From positions 544,001 to 608,000 of the forward strand of contig CP186953.1 in NCBI GenBank assembly GCA_049570475.1: a stretch of 64,000 bases of DNA, written 5' to 3'. Below are positions 20,365-30,187 of the stretch, piece after piece. How positions within the stretch are numbered: the stretch's first letter is position 1; each line of letters begins with the position of its first letter. The notes under the pieces were generated by a model. It was not told the origin of the DNA. It saw nothing but the letters and a program-made list of their open reading frames with translations, and did not search any database. The stretch comes from Candidatus Methanosuratincola verstraetei. Its GTDB lineage: Archaea > Thermoproteota > Methanomethylicia > Methanomethylicales > Methanomethylicaceae. Made by a program: the position numbers and the translations under genes.

Positions 20365-21339
20365 TCACTCGCCCGATGTCCATCCCTTCGGGTAAGTCCC
20401 CGGCTCCATGACTATCCTTTCGGTGTCGGCGATAATCCCGCTTTCGGATCTTATGCACTCCTCGCTGCTGAGCCTTGCCTTTGCAATCCCAACGAGCTCG
20501 CCCTTACCTGTCATTATGCAAATCGTGTCTCCGGGCTTGACGCCCTTGCTTATCCTGAGTAGACCGGGAGCCGCAAGGCTCGCCCCATGGCATATGGCGT
20601 CAACTGCAGAGTCCCTGATGACTGCCTTGGGGAAGTCGCCTATGAATTCCTCGATCGGCGAGACGACCGATCTGAGGGCTTTTTCATCCCCCCTCTCTTT
20701 CCAGAGCGTGATCGCATCGAGTAGCTCATGGAGCGTGTGCAACCCCTCATCCTCCCTGAATGGTCCTGCCCGCGTCCTCCGGAGCTCGCGCATGTGCGCG
20801 CCCACGCCCAAGACCTCGCCTAGATCGTGGCAGAGCTTCCTGATGTAGGTACCAGCCTCGCAGCTCACCCTCATCAGGACGTATTTGCCTTCCTTCTCCA
20901 GGATGTCGATCGAATAGATGTTCCTGACCCTTAGGGCGCGCTTCACTGCCGAACGCACGGGCGGCAATTGGTATATTGGGCCAATAAATTCGCTTATGGC
21001 ATCATCGAGGCGTTGCCTCGCAACATCCCCGTGGAGCTCCATTATGCAGACATACTCCTTCCCGGACCGCATTACAAAAGAGATTATCCTGGTTGCCCTC
21101 TCGAGGGTGATCGGCAGCACGCCGCTGACTTTTGGATCCAGGGTTCCGCCATGCCCAGCCCGGTTGAGCGAGAGGAGCCGCTTGACCCAAGCCACAACCT
21201 CGTGGCTGCTCGGACCTGGGGGCTTGTCCAGGTTAATCACTCCCGTTGCAAGGTACTCGTCAATTGGCCTCTCCCTGGGTGCCCACCCGTGCGATGGTCC
21301 CGAAGGCTCCTCGGCCTTTACAAGAAATTCACCGTTCAA
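20365..21339 (-). CDS. cbf5: H/ACA pseudouridine synthase Cbf5 (uninterrupted)
   Basis: DKPPGPSSHEV, GHGGTLDPKVSG, GTYIRKL, PUA domain; start taken at TTG 21339. Confidence 0.95.
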   Translation of the reverse strand: MNGEFLVKAEEPSGPSHGWAPRERPIDEYLATGVINLDKPPGPSSHEVVAWVKRLLSLNRAGHGGTLDPKVSGVLPITLERATRIISFVMRSGKEYVCIMELHGDVARQRLDDAISEFIGPIYQLPPVRSAVKRALRVRNIYSIDILEKEGKYVLMRVSCEAGTYIRKLCHDLGEVLGVGAHMRELRRTRAGPFREDEGLHTLHELLDAITLWKERGDEKALRSVVSPIEEFIGDFPKAVIRDSAVDAICHGASLAAPGLLRISKGVKPGDTICIMTGKGELVGIAKARLSSEECIRSESGIIADTERIVMEPGTYPKGWTSGE

Positions 21340-21385
21340 AAAGACGCACCATTCATCACGAAATTTGTCCGCTGCTCTATTTATC

Positions 21386-21958
21386 TTATCCCCTGCCGAA
21401 ATTGGTCGCAAGATATAGGTCTATCACGGACTTGAGGAGGGTGACGATCTCTTCCTTGCCCCAGATGGAGGTGTTTACCACAAAATCATAGCCAGAGAGG
21501 TCTGAGATGTCGATCCCGTATATTGAGAGGTAACGCTGCCTCTCGATCTCCTGCCGCTCCTTCGTCCTCGCGACCGCTTCCTCGATAGGTATGCCCTCCC
21601 GTTCTGCTATCCGCCTGACCCTAACTTCGAAGGGGGCTGTGAGGTAAAAGCTCAGCTTCGGCATGCCCCTTGAGAACCAAGAGACAAGCCTGCCCTCGAG
21701 AATGCAGCCGCCTGAACGGGCGTACTCCTCTGTCCTCATGTCTATTTCCCTGTCAATCGAAGGATCGGAGGCAGATATTCTCGAGAGTTCCTCGACCGAG
21801 ATCCCCCTCTCCTTCGCGATCGAACGGAATATTGATCCGGCTGAATAGTGAGGCGCATTGTAGAGTTCGGCAAGCCTGGAGGCGCAGTGGGACTTGCCCG
21901 ATCCCGGCGGCCCGCTTATCGTGACCAAGAAACCTTTGGGGAGCGTTGGTTTTTCCAA
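21386..21958 (-). CDS. cmk: Cytidylate kinase
   Basis: ISGPPGSGKS, SAG.IFR, LEGRL, RIAERE, YGID. Confidence 0.92.
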   Translation of the reverse strand: MEKPTLPKGFLVTISGPPGSGKSHCASRLAELYNAPHYSAGSIFRSIAKERGISVEELSRISASDPSIDREIDMRTEEYARSGGCILEGRLVSWFSRGMPKLSFYLTAPFEVRVRRIAEREGIPIEEAVARTKERQEIERQRYLSIYGIDISDLSGYDFVVNTSIWGKEEIVTLLKSVIDLYLATNFGRG

Positions 21959-21973
21959 GCCGAGCCACCCACC

Positions 21974-22495
21974 CTAGTCGGCGGCAGAAGGCAGCCCGAA
22001 GATCCGCTGAATAAGCGAGGAGACGCTGAATGAGGATAGGAGGTACCAGACCCAGAAGTTGAGATTCGTCCCAACAAACGGCAGTGAAATCGGGGACACT
22101 GCAACGGTCAATTGATTGTACCCGAAGACGGCATAGAAGATGTAATAGAATATGAAGAACGGGATGATCGTGAAGATCAGGGGCTTGAACTGCTCCTTGG
22201 ACATCTCGGCCTGTGCCGACTTGATCGTCTGCTCTTTCTTCTTCAGCCTTGCGATCGCTTTCTCGTCCTTTGATCGCAACGCCTGGGTGTATTCCTTCTG
22301 CCAGGCCCTGACCTCGGAGGTGCGCCTCCTAAGAAGGTCTATGTCTACCACAAGCCTTGTTACGCCTGACGAGATCACTGCCATGACGATCGTGATGAGG
22401 AAAACGGAGAGGACCGACAACGGGTATTCTTTGGCTGGACCCATTGCGCCCGATACGGCATTCACGATTGTCAAGTAGATCTCGTTCAGGTCCAT
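21974..22495 (-). CDS. DUF106 Oxa1-superfamily (EMC3/TMCO1-like) membrane protein
   Basis: TM-coiled coil-TM pattern, FKP, WY.LSS; conserved position after adk. Confidence 0.85.
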   Translation of the reverse strand: MDLNEIYLTIVNAVSGAMGPAKEYPLSVLSVFLITIVMAVISSGVTRLVVDIDLLRRRTSEVRAWQKEYTQALRSKDEKAIARLKKKEQTIKSAQAEMSKEQFKPLIFTIIPFFIFYYIFYAVFGYNQLTVAVSPISLPFVGTNLNFWVWYLLSSFSVSSLIQRIFGLPSAAD

Positions 22496-22499
22496 AAGG

Positions 22500-23096
22500 T
22501 CACTCCCCTTCGAAAAGCGAGGCTATCGCTTTGGCGGCCTCAAGGTGGCCGCCCTCCTTGTTCTTTGCTATCACGACCGTGCAACCAGTCTGTACTGAAA
22601 TTGCGGCGGCGCCGAATCTGCCCATCATCTGGTGTTCAGTGATCCTCTCTGGCGAGTCGGCCTCCCGCACGCGTATGGCAGCGTCCTTCCTCCGGCGCTT
22701 TGATATCTCTTCTGGCTCAGCCTCGAGGAGGACGATGGCGTCAGGCTTCAGCGACTCGGCTACCCAAGAAGGTATTCCTGGCATGTAGCCTTTGGGGGTG
22801 TTGATGAACATGTGCGTGTCGACTATCACGTTCCCCTTTGCCTTTCTAATCGTTTCTGATGCCTGAAGCTGAAGATCGATCTGGGTCTTCACAGGGAGGT
22901 GCCTCATCTCGTCCCTTGCCTTAACGAGCCCGCGTCTTGATGCCTCCTCGAACATGACGTTGCCATAATTTAGGAGCGAGACTTCCTTGCGGCTCTCGCG
23001 GCATAGCTCGAGGGCCGCGTTCAGCACGGTCGTCTTCCCGACACCCGGGACGCCGGTCACAATCACGATTTTTCCTCGATTTTCGACAGAAGACAT
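22500..23096 (-). CDS. adkA: Archaeal adenylate kinase
   Basis: TGVPGVGKTT, NYG, RDEMR, VDTH, GY.PG.P. Confidence 0.94.
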   Translation of the reverse strand: MSSVENRGKIVIVTGVPGVGKTTVLNAALELCRESRKEVSLLNYGNVMFEEASRRGLVKARDEMRHLPVKTQIDLQLQASETIRKAKGNVIVDTHMFINTPKGYMPGIPSWVAESLKPDAIVLLEAEPEEISKRRRKDAAIRVREADSPERITEHQMMGRFGAAAISVQTGCTVVIAKNKEGGHLEAAKAIASLFEGE

Positions 23097-23106
23097 CCCA
23101 AACACC

Positions 23107-24522
23107 TCACTCCTGACCAAGCAGCCTTCCAAGACCTGGGTAGGTCTCGGCGAGCTGCTCTTTCGCAAGTATCTGGTAGTACTGGTATATAATGCCAACA
23201 GAGAGCAGTATCCCTATGCCGCTGCCGATAGCGCCCAGCATGTCCGCAAAGCCTGCCAGGAGCCCTATCGTTATGCCGCTCAGTATTGTGAGGGGCGGGA
23301 TGTACCTGTTCAGCATGGACTCAATCACGGCGGGCGATCTCCTGAATCCCGGTATCTGGAGGCCAGCATCAACAAGCTGCTCAGCCTGCCTCTTAGCGCT
23401 CATTCCAGAGACCTCGACCCAAATCTTGGCGAAGACCACCGAGAAGCCGACAAGGATCAGTATGTAAATCAGGGCATGAAATGGGTCATGTGCAACGGCC
23501 GCGAGGCTCCGCGGGGGCTGGATGTAGTACAGGAAGCTGCCAGGCATGAGGGTGTAGTTCGCGTCGAACTGCACCAGCCAGTTCAGCCACGGATTTGCGT
23601 TCCCCTGGTTGAAGTTGTTCCAGATCACCTGGCCGAAGTAGTAGAAGTTTGCGAACAGTGCAGAGGTGAGTATGACAGGTATGTTGGATACGTACAGGAA
23701 TTTTAGCGGGATCTTGGCGCGCATGCCACCGTACTTGGCGTATGCGACGGGTATCTCTATCTTCATCCCTTCAAGGTAGACTGCCACAAAGAAGACCAAG
23801 AGCATAGCCAGGAAGCCTACCATGTCAGGGTAAGGATACCTCGAGAAGGCATGCAGGATGTTCTCTCCGCTGAATATTGTCTGGAAGAAGGCAATTATTG
23901 CGCCTAGGGCCTTGCCGTCAGCGACCGGGCCCACCGGAGAGAAGCATAGCCAGACGACCTGCTGCGCGACTCCCGCAAGTATGAAGAGGCTTATCCCGCT
24001 GCCGAGACCCCAACCCTTCTGTACCATCTCGTCGAGGAGCAGCACGAGTATGCCTACTGCCAATAGCTGACATATGATCAGCACGGATGCGGTTGCCGTC
24101 GTTGCGCCGTAAGAACCCCCCAAGAGGAAGGCTACGGCCTCTACAACAGTCATGACAATAGCGAATATCTTTTGGGTCCCTGTAAAGAGGCCCCTGTCCT
24201 TCGGGTTGGACATGTTGACGTTGAGTATCTTGGAGCCCGCAAGTATCTGCATGATCAGCCCAGCGGTGACTATAGGGCCTATCCCGAGATCCATCAGGGT
24301 GCCCTTCTTCGATGCGAAGATGATCCGGTATATGAGGAACTGCTCAAACGTTCCTCCCGAAAAAGGGACCCCGTAGAGCGGGATCTCGGCCATGATGAGG
24401 TAAATTGAGAGTGCCAGTATAGTCCAGAGCGCCTTCTCCTTGAGGCTGACCTTGCGCTGCGGCTTCGGTATCTCTGGAAGGCGCCTGACTAGCGGATCCA
24501 TGAGCTCCAAAAATCGGGGCAT
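23107..24522 (-). CDS. secY: Preprotein translocase SecY/Sec61 alpha
   Basis: LGIGPIVTA, GLGSGISLFI, LYVSNIPVI, GSG.GILL. Confidence 0.97.
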   Translation of the reverse strand: MPRFLELMDPLVRRLPEIPKPQRKVSLKEKALWTILALSIYLIMAEIPLYGVPFSGGTFEQFLIYRIIFASKKGTLMDLGIGPIVTAGLIMQILAGSKILNVNMSNPKDRGLFTGTQKIFAIVMTVVEAVAFLLGGSYGATTATASVLIICQLLAVGILVLLLDEMVQKGWGLGSGISLFILAGVAQQVVWLCFSPVGPVADGKALGAIIAFFQTIFSGENILHAFSRYPYPDMVGFLAMLLVFFVAVYLEGMKIEIPVAYAKYGGMRAKIPLKFLYVSNIPVILTSALFANFYYFGQVIWNNFNQGNANPWLNWLVQFDANYTLMPGSFLYYIQPPRSLAAVAHDPFHALIYILILVGFSVVFAKIWVEVSGMSAKRQAEQLVDAGLQIPGFRRSPAVIESMLNRYIPPLTILSGITIGLLAGFADMLGAIGSGIGILLSVGIIYQYYQILAKEQLAETYPGLGRLLGQE

Positions 24523-24546
24523 GTGCCTCTCACTCGTGGACGCCTA

Positions 24547-24981
24547 TCACTCGGCAGCTATGACTTCGCCGCCTGCATCGGCGATCTTCTTCTTTGCGAG
24601 CTCGGTGAATTTGACCGCCTTGACAACGACAGGGAAGTCGATCTTCCCCCCTCCGAGGAGCTTGTCGTAGCCTAGCGAAGAGAGGTCAACCATTGCCCTC
24701 CCCTTATCGTCCTTCTCGACCACCTTGCCCTCTATCAAGGACTGGAGGGATCCCACGTTTATCGCAGAGACTTCCTCAAGGACTGCATCGGGCCTGACAA
24801 ATCCGTCCTTACCGAAATGATCCTTGCCGTATTTCACAGTCCAGCTCCACTTGTGCTTGTGAAGGCCTGCATTTCCGAAACCGCCTCGCATCCCCGACTT
24901 CCTGTGCTGCCCAATTGTGCCCCAACCGTAGAGCCTGGAGCCGCGCTGTCTGCGGACTTTTCGATCTCTTCTGACGACCAT
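24547..24981 (-). CDS. rpl15: Ribosomal protein L15
   Basis: RGSR..GWG..GQHR.SG.RGG.GNAG..KHK. Confidence 0.96.
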   Translation of the reverse strand: MVVRRDRKVRRQRGSRLYGWGTIGQHRKSGMRGGFGNAGLHKHKWSWTVKYGKDHFGKDGFVRPDAVLEEVSAINVGSLQSLIEGKVVEKDDKGRAMVDLSSLGYDKLLGGGKIDFPVVVKAVKFTELAKKKIADAGGEVIAAE

Positions 24982-25025
24982 TTGTAAACACCACTAGGAT
25001 TAGCGTTTAGAAGAAAGATGCCTAT

Positions 25026-25038
25026 CTTAAATATTTTT
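25026..25038 (-). promoter_or_regulatory. BRE/TATA internal promoter upstream of rpl15
   Basis: AAAAATATTTAAG on minus strand in the 160-nt L30-L15 spacer, downstream of pyrimidine tracts. Confidence 0.5.
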
Positions 25039-25141
25039 ACCTTTTGGATGGCGCGGCGAAACCGGTTCAGAATTATGGCATCATTCAAAGAAAAAGCTCT
25101 GACGCTTTCGTGGATAAGAAAGGGGAAAAGAGGCGGATGCG

Positions 25142-25600
25142 CTAAATCATCTTGCGAAGCAGCTCAACGATCGCCGCTCCTCGGTACCCCAGCTCTCCGC
25201 CCGATTTCAGATGCCTCGTGATGTGCCTCTTGAAGCCTCCGCTTGGGGGCGTAAGCCGGAACGTCTTCTTTATCGGCGGGACGACAGCACCCTCTTTCAG
25301 CATCACCTCAGCCAGTTCCTCGAATGTTCCAAGCGAGAGCTCTTTGAGTGCCTCTTCGCTGAGGCGCTTGTCTCCCGGGAGGCGCCCCCTCTTCTTAAGG
25401 AGCTCGACCAGCGCAGGCTGATCAATCTCCCCCCATGTAACGTAGTCCGCGACCTTGTTCAGCATCCCGATATTCGAAGGGGTATCAGAGATGAGCGTTG
25501 CAGAGAACTTTGATGGGAGGTTCATCCTCGAGAGTGTGTCTAGTATCTCTGGGGCAACCCCCATTTCGCCCCTTAGGCGTATTACAAGGTATGTCTTCAT
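25142..25600 (-). CDS. rpl30: Ribosomal protein L30 (uL30)
   Basis: VIRLRG, GML.KV.DYVTWGE, FRL.PP.GG, GELGYRG. Confidence 0.94.
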   Translation of the reverse strand: MKTYLVIRLRGEMGVAPEILDTLSRMNLPSKFSATLISDTPSNIGMLNKVADYVTWGEIDQPALVELLKKRGRLPGDKRLSEEALKELSLGTFEELAEVMLKEGAVVPPIKKTFRLTPPSGGFKRHITRHLKSGGELGYRGAAIVELLRKMI

Positions 25601-25610
25601 TTTCAAAACC

Positions 25611-26216
25611 TCACCGCTTGAACCTGTAAGTGTTCTTGAGCGCATCGTAGACTGCACCAGCGAAATTGATGGTAGTCCTCGTCTCGCCGAATGAGACCAC
25701 CCATGCGTCCTTGATGCCTGCGTACCGCAGTATCGTTTTGGCAACCTCTCCGCCAACGAGCCCGATGCCCTTGGGGGCAGGCAAGAGCACCACGGATACG
25801 CTCCCATTCTTGCCTGTGACCTTGAACGGAAGGCTGTGCGGCTTGCCGCACGGGCACTCCCAGTTACCGCAGCCCCTCCTCACCGGGGTGAGGTTTAGCT
25901 TTGCGTCGGCCACGGCCTTATCAATTGCGAAGCGCATCTGCTTCGACTTACCTATGCCAACACCGATGTATCCGTCACCGTTTCCGACTACGACGCCAAT
26001 CTTGAACTTTGTGATCTCGCCTGCGTCGGTCTGCTTCTGGACGACACTGACGTCGAGGACCTCGTGCTTTATGTCGGGCAGCAGTGCGTCGACTATCTCC
26101 GGCTCCTTGATCGGCTGGTTCTGCTCGAATACCTCTTTGATGCTCGTGATCTTGCCTTCTAATACAGCCTTCCCGAGCGATGTCCTCGGGATCCACTGGG
26201 TTGTTTGGTACGACAA
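25611..26216 (-). CDS. rps5: Ribosomal protein S5
   Basis: W.PRT.LG, KQTDAGE, VRRGCG.WEC.C, PAPKG.GL. Confidence 0.96.
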   Translation of the reverse strand: MSYQTTQWIPRTSLGKAVLEGKITSIKEVFEQNQPIKEPEIVDALLPDIKHEVLDVSVVQKQTDAGEITKFKIGVVVGNGDGYIGVGIGKSKQMRFAIDKAVADAKLNLTPVRRGCGNWECPCGKPHSLPFKVTGKNGSVSVVLLPAPKGIGLVGGEVAKTILRYAGIKDAWVVSFGETRTTINFAGAVYDALKNTYRFKR

Positions 26217-26217
26217 C

Positions 26218-26808
26218 TCATTTCACCTCTTTCTCGATCGCAGCCTTGACGCTTTCGAAGTGTTCGACAATGCCCTCAGGGGGCAGCTCGCTCTTAAGGT
26301 AGCTTGAGAACATTCGCTGGTACTTTGCCGGATCCTCGCTCTGGAGGGCAGAGGCATATTCCGCAATTGCGGTTCCTTTTGTCCTATCCTCATCAGGCAG
26401 GATCTCTTCGCCGTGCGGTATTTCCATCCCGGAGTCGATCGCGCCCTTCATTGCGTTCAGTATGCGGTTAGACTTGGTTACTGCGTACCCGTTTATGTCC
26501 ACAATGGCCTTGCTGATTCCCTTGGCAAGCGCCTTCTTCCCTATGAGAAAACCGGCGAGGTATGCAGCAGGCACATTGCCCGTGCCGCCCTTCCAACCGT
26601 ACTTCCTCAGCTCCGCAGTGCTTGCTGAGACCAAGACCTTGTCGCCTTCTATCCTCGCCTCCACAAGCTGGAGATAGGTGTGCTTGAGGCTCCGCCTAAT
26701 CACTAGACGCGGAAGCCTGCTCGATATGAGCCTCTTCCTTAGGCGATAATCAGTCCTGTTCTCACGCCTTCTCCGGAAGGCGACCCTGTAAATCGTTCCC
26801 TTTGCCAA
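26218..26808 (-). CDS. rpl18: Ribosomal protein L18 (uL18)
   Basis: FRRRRE..TDY..R, N.PAAYL.G, GA.D.G..IPH. Confidence 0.95.
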   Translation of the reverse strand: MAKGTIYRVAFRRRRENRTDYRLRKRLISSRLPRLVIRRSLKHTYLQLVEARIEGDKVLVSASTAELRKYGWKGGTGNVPAAYLAGFLIGKKALAKGISKAIVDINGYAVTKSNRILNAMKGAIDSGMEIPHGEEILPDEDRTKGTAIAEYASALQSEDPAKYQRMFSSYLKSELPPEGIVEHFESVKAAIEKEVK

Positions 26809-26814
26809 TTACCA

Positions 26815-27249
26815 TTACCTCCTTGCCAAACCGTGCTCCTCGATATATGTCTTGAGCTGCCTCTTGTCGTGGAAAGCGCCACCCTTTGCCTTCAGGTACA
26901 GCTCCCTGTAGACGCCAGGCGCGATTATCTTCCTCTTCTTCAGGAGGCGCAGGAAGGCGCGCATGGATCGTATGCGGAACTCCCACTCATCGCCCTCGAC
27001 CTTACCCTTACGGCTGCCGGGGCCCTTCCTCAAGCCCTTCTTCTTCTGGAGGTGGACCATCCGGTACCTGCCCCTGCTCACTCCCCTCTCTGGCCTGGCC
27101 TTAATCACTCCTTCTTTGATCAGGTTACGTATGTCTTCGCGGGTTATCGCTGCCACGACGTCCTCGAACCGGGTTGGGTCTATCCATACCCTAGTCTCCC
27201 CAACGCCGAGGACCTCTGCGGCTAGGCGCCTCTGATTGCTTAAGCTCAT
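26815..27249 (-). CDS. rpl19e: Ribosomal protein L19e
   Basis: QRRLAA, RVWIDP, ITREDIR, GPGSRKG, YLKAKGG.F. Confidence 0.96.
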   Translation of the reverse strand: MSLSNQRRLAAEVLGVGETRVWIDPTRFEDVVAAITREDIRNLIKEGVIKARPERGVSRGRYRMVHLQKKKGLRKGPGSRKGKVEGDEWEFRIRSMRAFLRLLKKRKIIAPGVYRELYLKAKGGAFHDKRQLKTYIEEHGLARR

Positions 27250-27767
27250 TCCTTTTTACCCTCCTGATCCTCAGCGGAAGCCTCCGAGGCGGCGGTTCCC
27301 TCTGATGGCTTCTCTTCACCCTCTACATCAGCCTTGGTTTCCTTCGGCTTCTCGTCGGGCCTTAGATTGACTATCTCGACGCCGAATTCCTCAGCTCTCT
27401 TTATTATCTCGGCGCGCTTCCTCTTCCCGACGCTAGCTGCGATCCTAATTGCCATAAAGCACGGGTCTACGAACTCGACATCTTCAGGAGTATGGACCAG
27501 CACCTCGATCATGCCTTTGGGATTCAGGCCCCTCGTAAGCTTTGGACCGCGGTATCCGGTCTCGACTATTGGCCATCTGCCCTTCTTCTTCAGCCGCATC
27601 TTGGAACGGATCCCCTTGCTGCTCCGCCATTTATCGCCGAGCCTGGGGAACCTGTTCGACTCTGATCTCCTGAACTTAGGTCGCCTGCTGGCGATCTTTT
27701 GACGCTTCCTGAGCAAAGACTCGAACTCGTGCGCGCAGTTCTCCTGTGAGCATCCGCAACCGGTCAT
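27246..27767 (-). CDS. rpl32e: Ribosomal protein L32e with terminal extensions
   Basis: RPKFRR, WR..KGI.SKMR, GYR.PK..RGL.P.G, VG.RKR. Confidence 0.93.
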   Translation of the reverse strand: MTGCGCSQENCAHEFESLLRKRQKIASRRPKFRRSESNRFPRLGDKWRSSKGIRSKMRLKKKGRWPIVETGYRGPKLTRGLNPKGMIEVLVHTPEDVEFVDPCFMAIRIAASVGKRKRAEIIKRAEEFGVEIVNLRPDEKPKETKADVEGEEKPSEGTAASEASAEDQEGKKE

Positions 27768-27768
27768 A

Positions 27769-28305
27769 TCACACCCTCTCCGCCAGATATATGCCGTCCT
27801 GGAAGACCCTCGGGTCCATCTTTTTAACATGAGTGGCCATGTGAATGTTCGCAGCGGTCTGTCCAACTTCTTCTTTGTCAACGCCTTCAATCAGCAGCTC
27901 CTCGCCCTGGACTGTAACTTTGGCGTTCCCGACTATCTTTGCTCGCCGCTTCGACCGCTCACCCATGAAATTCTCTATCAGCACATCTTTGCCGGCAACC
28001 TTAACAGTGATAGGGAAGTGCGCATATACTACCTTCATCTTGTAGACGTGACCCTGGGTTACTCCCTTTATCATGTTCTTTATGTGCGAAGCTACTGTAC
28101 CCACGAGCGCCCTTTGCTTCTTTCCCTTCATAGTGGCAGCCACGTCGACTGCACTTCCATCGATCGAAAGCCTGAGGCCCGCATGGGAGAAGTCCCTGGT
28201 CAGCTTCCCCTTCGGACCGATTACCGTGACTGCTGAAGCGTTCAGCTCGACCTGGACGCCCTCAGGGATCTGAACTTTAGCAGAGGCAAATTCCACCACA
28301 TGCAC
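27769..28305 (-). CDS. rpl6: Ribosomal protein L6
   Basis: IPEGV, GPKG, HIKNMIKGVT, YAHFP, NFMGE, DPRVFQDGIY; exact GTG start uncertain. Confidence 0.95.
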   Translation of the reverse strand: MHVVEFASAKVQIPEGVQVELNASAVTVIGPKGKLTRDFSHAGLRLSIDGSAVDVAATMKGKKQRALVGTVASHIKNMIKGVTQGHVYKMKVVYAHFPITVKVAGKDVLIENFMGERSKRRAKIVGNAKVTVQGEELLIEGVDKEEVGQTAANIHMATHVKKMDPRVFQDGIYLAERV

Positions 28306-28309
28306 CACC

Positions 28310-28702
28310 TCAGTAGACGTAGGCAAGCAGCCTCCCACCGATCTTGTTGGCGAGGGCCTCTTTGTGAGTCATTATTCCCTTGGAAGTGGTGAGTATGATG
28401 AAGCCAATCTCCTTTCCAGGGAGGTACTGCTGGGCGACCCGCTCCAGATCCTTGTACGAGACATTGAAGTAAGGCTTTATCACGCCGCACTTGTTGATCC
28501 TTCCGAGCAGCTGGATCCTGAGCTTGCCCAGCCTGCCGTCGTCAATGTACTCGAACTCCCCCACATACCCTGCCTTCTGGAGAACCCTAAGGACGTTCGC
28601 AATCAGTTTAGGGGCAGGAGTAACTATGCACTCGTTCTTTCCCCTCTCTTCGCTATTCATGATGTTGACAAGTGAATTTGCTAGAGGATCCTGAACCCAC
28701 AT
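28310..28702 (-). CDS. rps8: Ribosomal protein S8
   Basis: DPLAN, GEFEYIDD.R.GK, GRINKCG, TTSKGIMTH.EA. Confidence 0.96.
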   Translation of the reverse strand: MWVQDPLANSLVNIMNSEERGKNECIVTPAPKLIANVLRVLQKAGYVGEFEYIDDGRLGKLRIQLLGRINKCGVIKPYFNVSYKDLERVAQQYLPGKEIGFIILTTSKGIMTHKEALANKIGGRLLAYVY

Positions 28703-28714
28703 CGACGATCACCA

Positions 28715-28882
28715 TCACAGATACTTCTTGAACCCAAGCGTCTCAGCCGATTCCCTGAAGCATTGCCTGCAGAGGTTCAAGCCGTATCTCCTTATCAGGG
28801 TGCTCCCCTTTGAGCCGCACCTCTTGCACCTTCTGCTGCCCTTCCCGAACTTCCTCTCTTTTGGCTGACGGTATTTACCCAT
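28715..28882 (-). CDS. rps14: Ribosomal protein S14 (zinc type, 55 aa; below ORF-track cutoff)
   Basis: Manual translation ...[11 protein letters not shown]....[22 protein letters not shown]. Confidence 0.95.
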   Translation of the reverse strand: MGKYRQPKERKFGKGSRRCKRCGSKGSTLIRRYGLNLCRQCFRESAETLGFKKYL

Positions 28883-28884
28883 AT

Positions 28885-29436
28885 TTAGGCCTCCGTTTCA
28901 ATATTGATTCCAAACCGGCGCTTCATGTAGTCCATCGCCTCATCCCTGCTCACCCGGTGACCCACCCCTATCGTGCCTGGTCTCATTTTACGCCTCGCCA
29001 CCCGGTAACCTGGGCGCTCGAGGACGATGCAGACGTTCATGCCGAATATCCCGAGTGTAGGATCATACTTCGTCCCAGGGAGGTTGATGTGCTCCTTAAT
29101 GCCGAAGGAGATGTTCCCGTAATTATCGAAACAGCTCTCCTTGATCTTGTTCTTCAGGGATTCAAAGGCACGCTTGAGGAAATCCTCTGCCTGGGACCCC
29201 CTAAGGGTCACCACGCAACCGATGTTCTCACCCTTCCTCACCCCAAAATCGCGTACCGACTTCTTTGCCTTCCTTGGGCATGGCTTAGCGCCAGTTATTG
29301 ACTTGAGGACGGTCATGGCCTTCTCTAGCTTCTCCCCGCCCTCTCCCAGTCCCATGTTGACGACGACCTTGCCAAGTCTAATCTCACGCATGGGGTTCAA
29401 TTCGCCGCTTGTGGCGGCGGCAGCACCCTCGGACAA
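28885..29436 (-). CDS. rpl5: Ribosomal protein L5
   Basis: NPMREI, KVVVN.G.GE.G, FD.YGN.SFGI.EHI, YDP..GIFG. Confidence 0.96.
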   Translation of the reverse strand: MSEGAAAATSGELNPMREIRLGKVVVNMGLGEGGEKLEKAMTVLKSITGAKPCPRKAKKSVRDFGVRKGENIGCVVTLRGSQAEDFLKRAFESLKNKIKESCFDNYGNISFGIKEHINLPGTKYDPTLGIFGMNVCIVLERPGYRVARRKMRPGTIGVGHRVSRDEAMDYMKRRFGINIETEA

Positions 29437-29437
29437 C

Positions 29438-30172
29438 CTATGCCACCTCTCCATTTATGGTAATGATCGGACTTTCCTTCCCTATAGGGAATAGATACTT
29501 AAGCGTAACGGTCGTCTCTTCCCCGCCAATTGAAACCTTGGCAAGGGCATTTGGCGACTTGCTCTCCGGGACTTCAATAACTGTCCCGTACTGGCCGGTG
29601 TTGCGCCCACCAGTCACAATCACAAACGCCCCCTGTGCAAGGGGTATGTGATCCAGCACCTGGTCATCTGAGAGCGATACCTTGAGCACGTCGTTTGTCA
29701 TGTAAGGGAGCTGTATGTTGAATGGATCTTCGACTTTGAATATCTTAGTGCTTCCGTCGTGGAAGGCAAGCTGGATCTTCCCCTGCTTCAGCAGCTTCTT
29801 TCCGGTTACCTTCAGGAGCTTAAATGTAGCCTCTTCCGCAGGTATCTTCATCAATGCCAATTTCTTGACCGCGTGGGACATCACCCTGAAGTAAACTTCC
29901 TCAGGCTTGATGTAGACGACATCCATCAGACCCACAGGGTAGCGGTAGTCAGTCCTTGCCCTCCCGTCCACAAACACTTTCCTCTCATACAGGGCCCGCT
30001 TTGCCTCACTGATTGTCGTTACCTTCCCGAGCACATCCCGGAGCACAATGCCAAGGGGTATGCACTTCTCTGTCGAATGCGGACCTGCAGACGGCTTCAC
30101 CGTGAATGCCCTTTCTTTTATGGCGACAGGCCAGTGCCTGGGCGCCGGATAAGTTCTAAGGTGTCCTGCCAA
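29438..30172 (-). CDS. rps4e: Ribosomal protein S4e
   Basis: HL...AP..W, GPH, YPVGLMDV, HDG, TGGRN.G. Confidence 0.95.
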   Translation of the reverse strand: MAGHLRTYPAPRHWPVAIKERAFTVKPSAGPHSTEKCIPLGIVLRDVLGKVTTISEAKRALYERKVFVDGRARTDYRYPVGLMDVVYIKPEEVYFRVMSHAVKKLALMKIPAEEATFKLLKVTGKKLLKQGKIQLAFHDGSTKIFKVEDPFNIQLPYMTNDVLKVSLSDDQVLDHIPLAQGAFVIVTGGRNTGQYGTVIEVPESKSPNALAKVSIGGEETTVTLKYLFPIGKESPIITINGEVA

Positions 30173-30187
30173 TCTTTAATCCTCCTA

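Noticed and set aside
21120-21170. Classical cbf5 intron near GHGGTLDP
   Set aside because: The frame is continuous (RAGHGGTLDPKVSG) with no insertion
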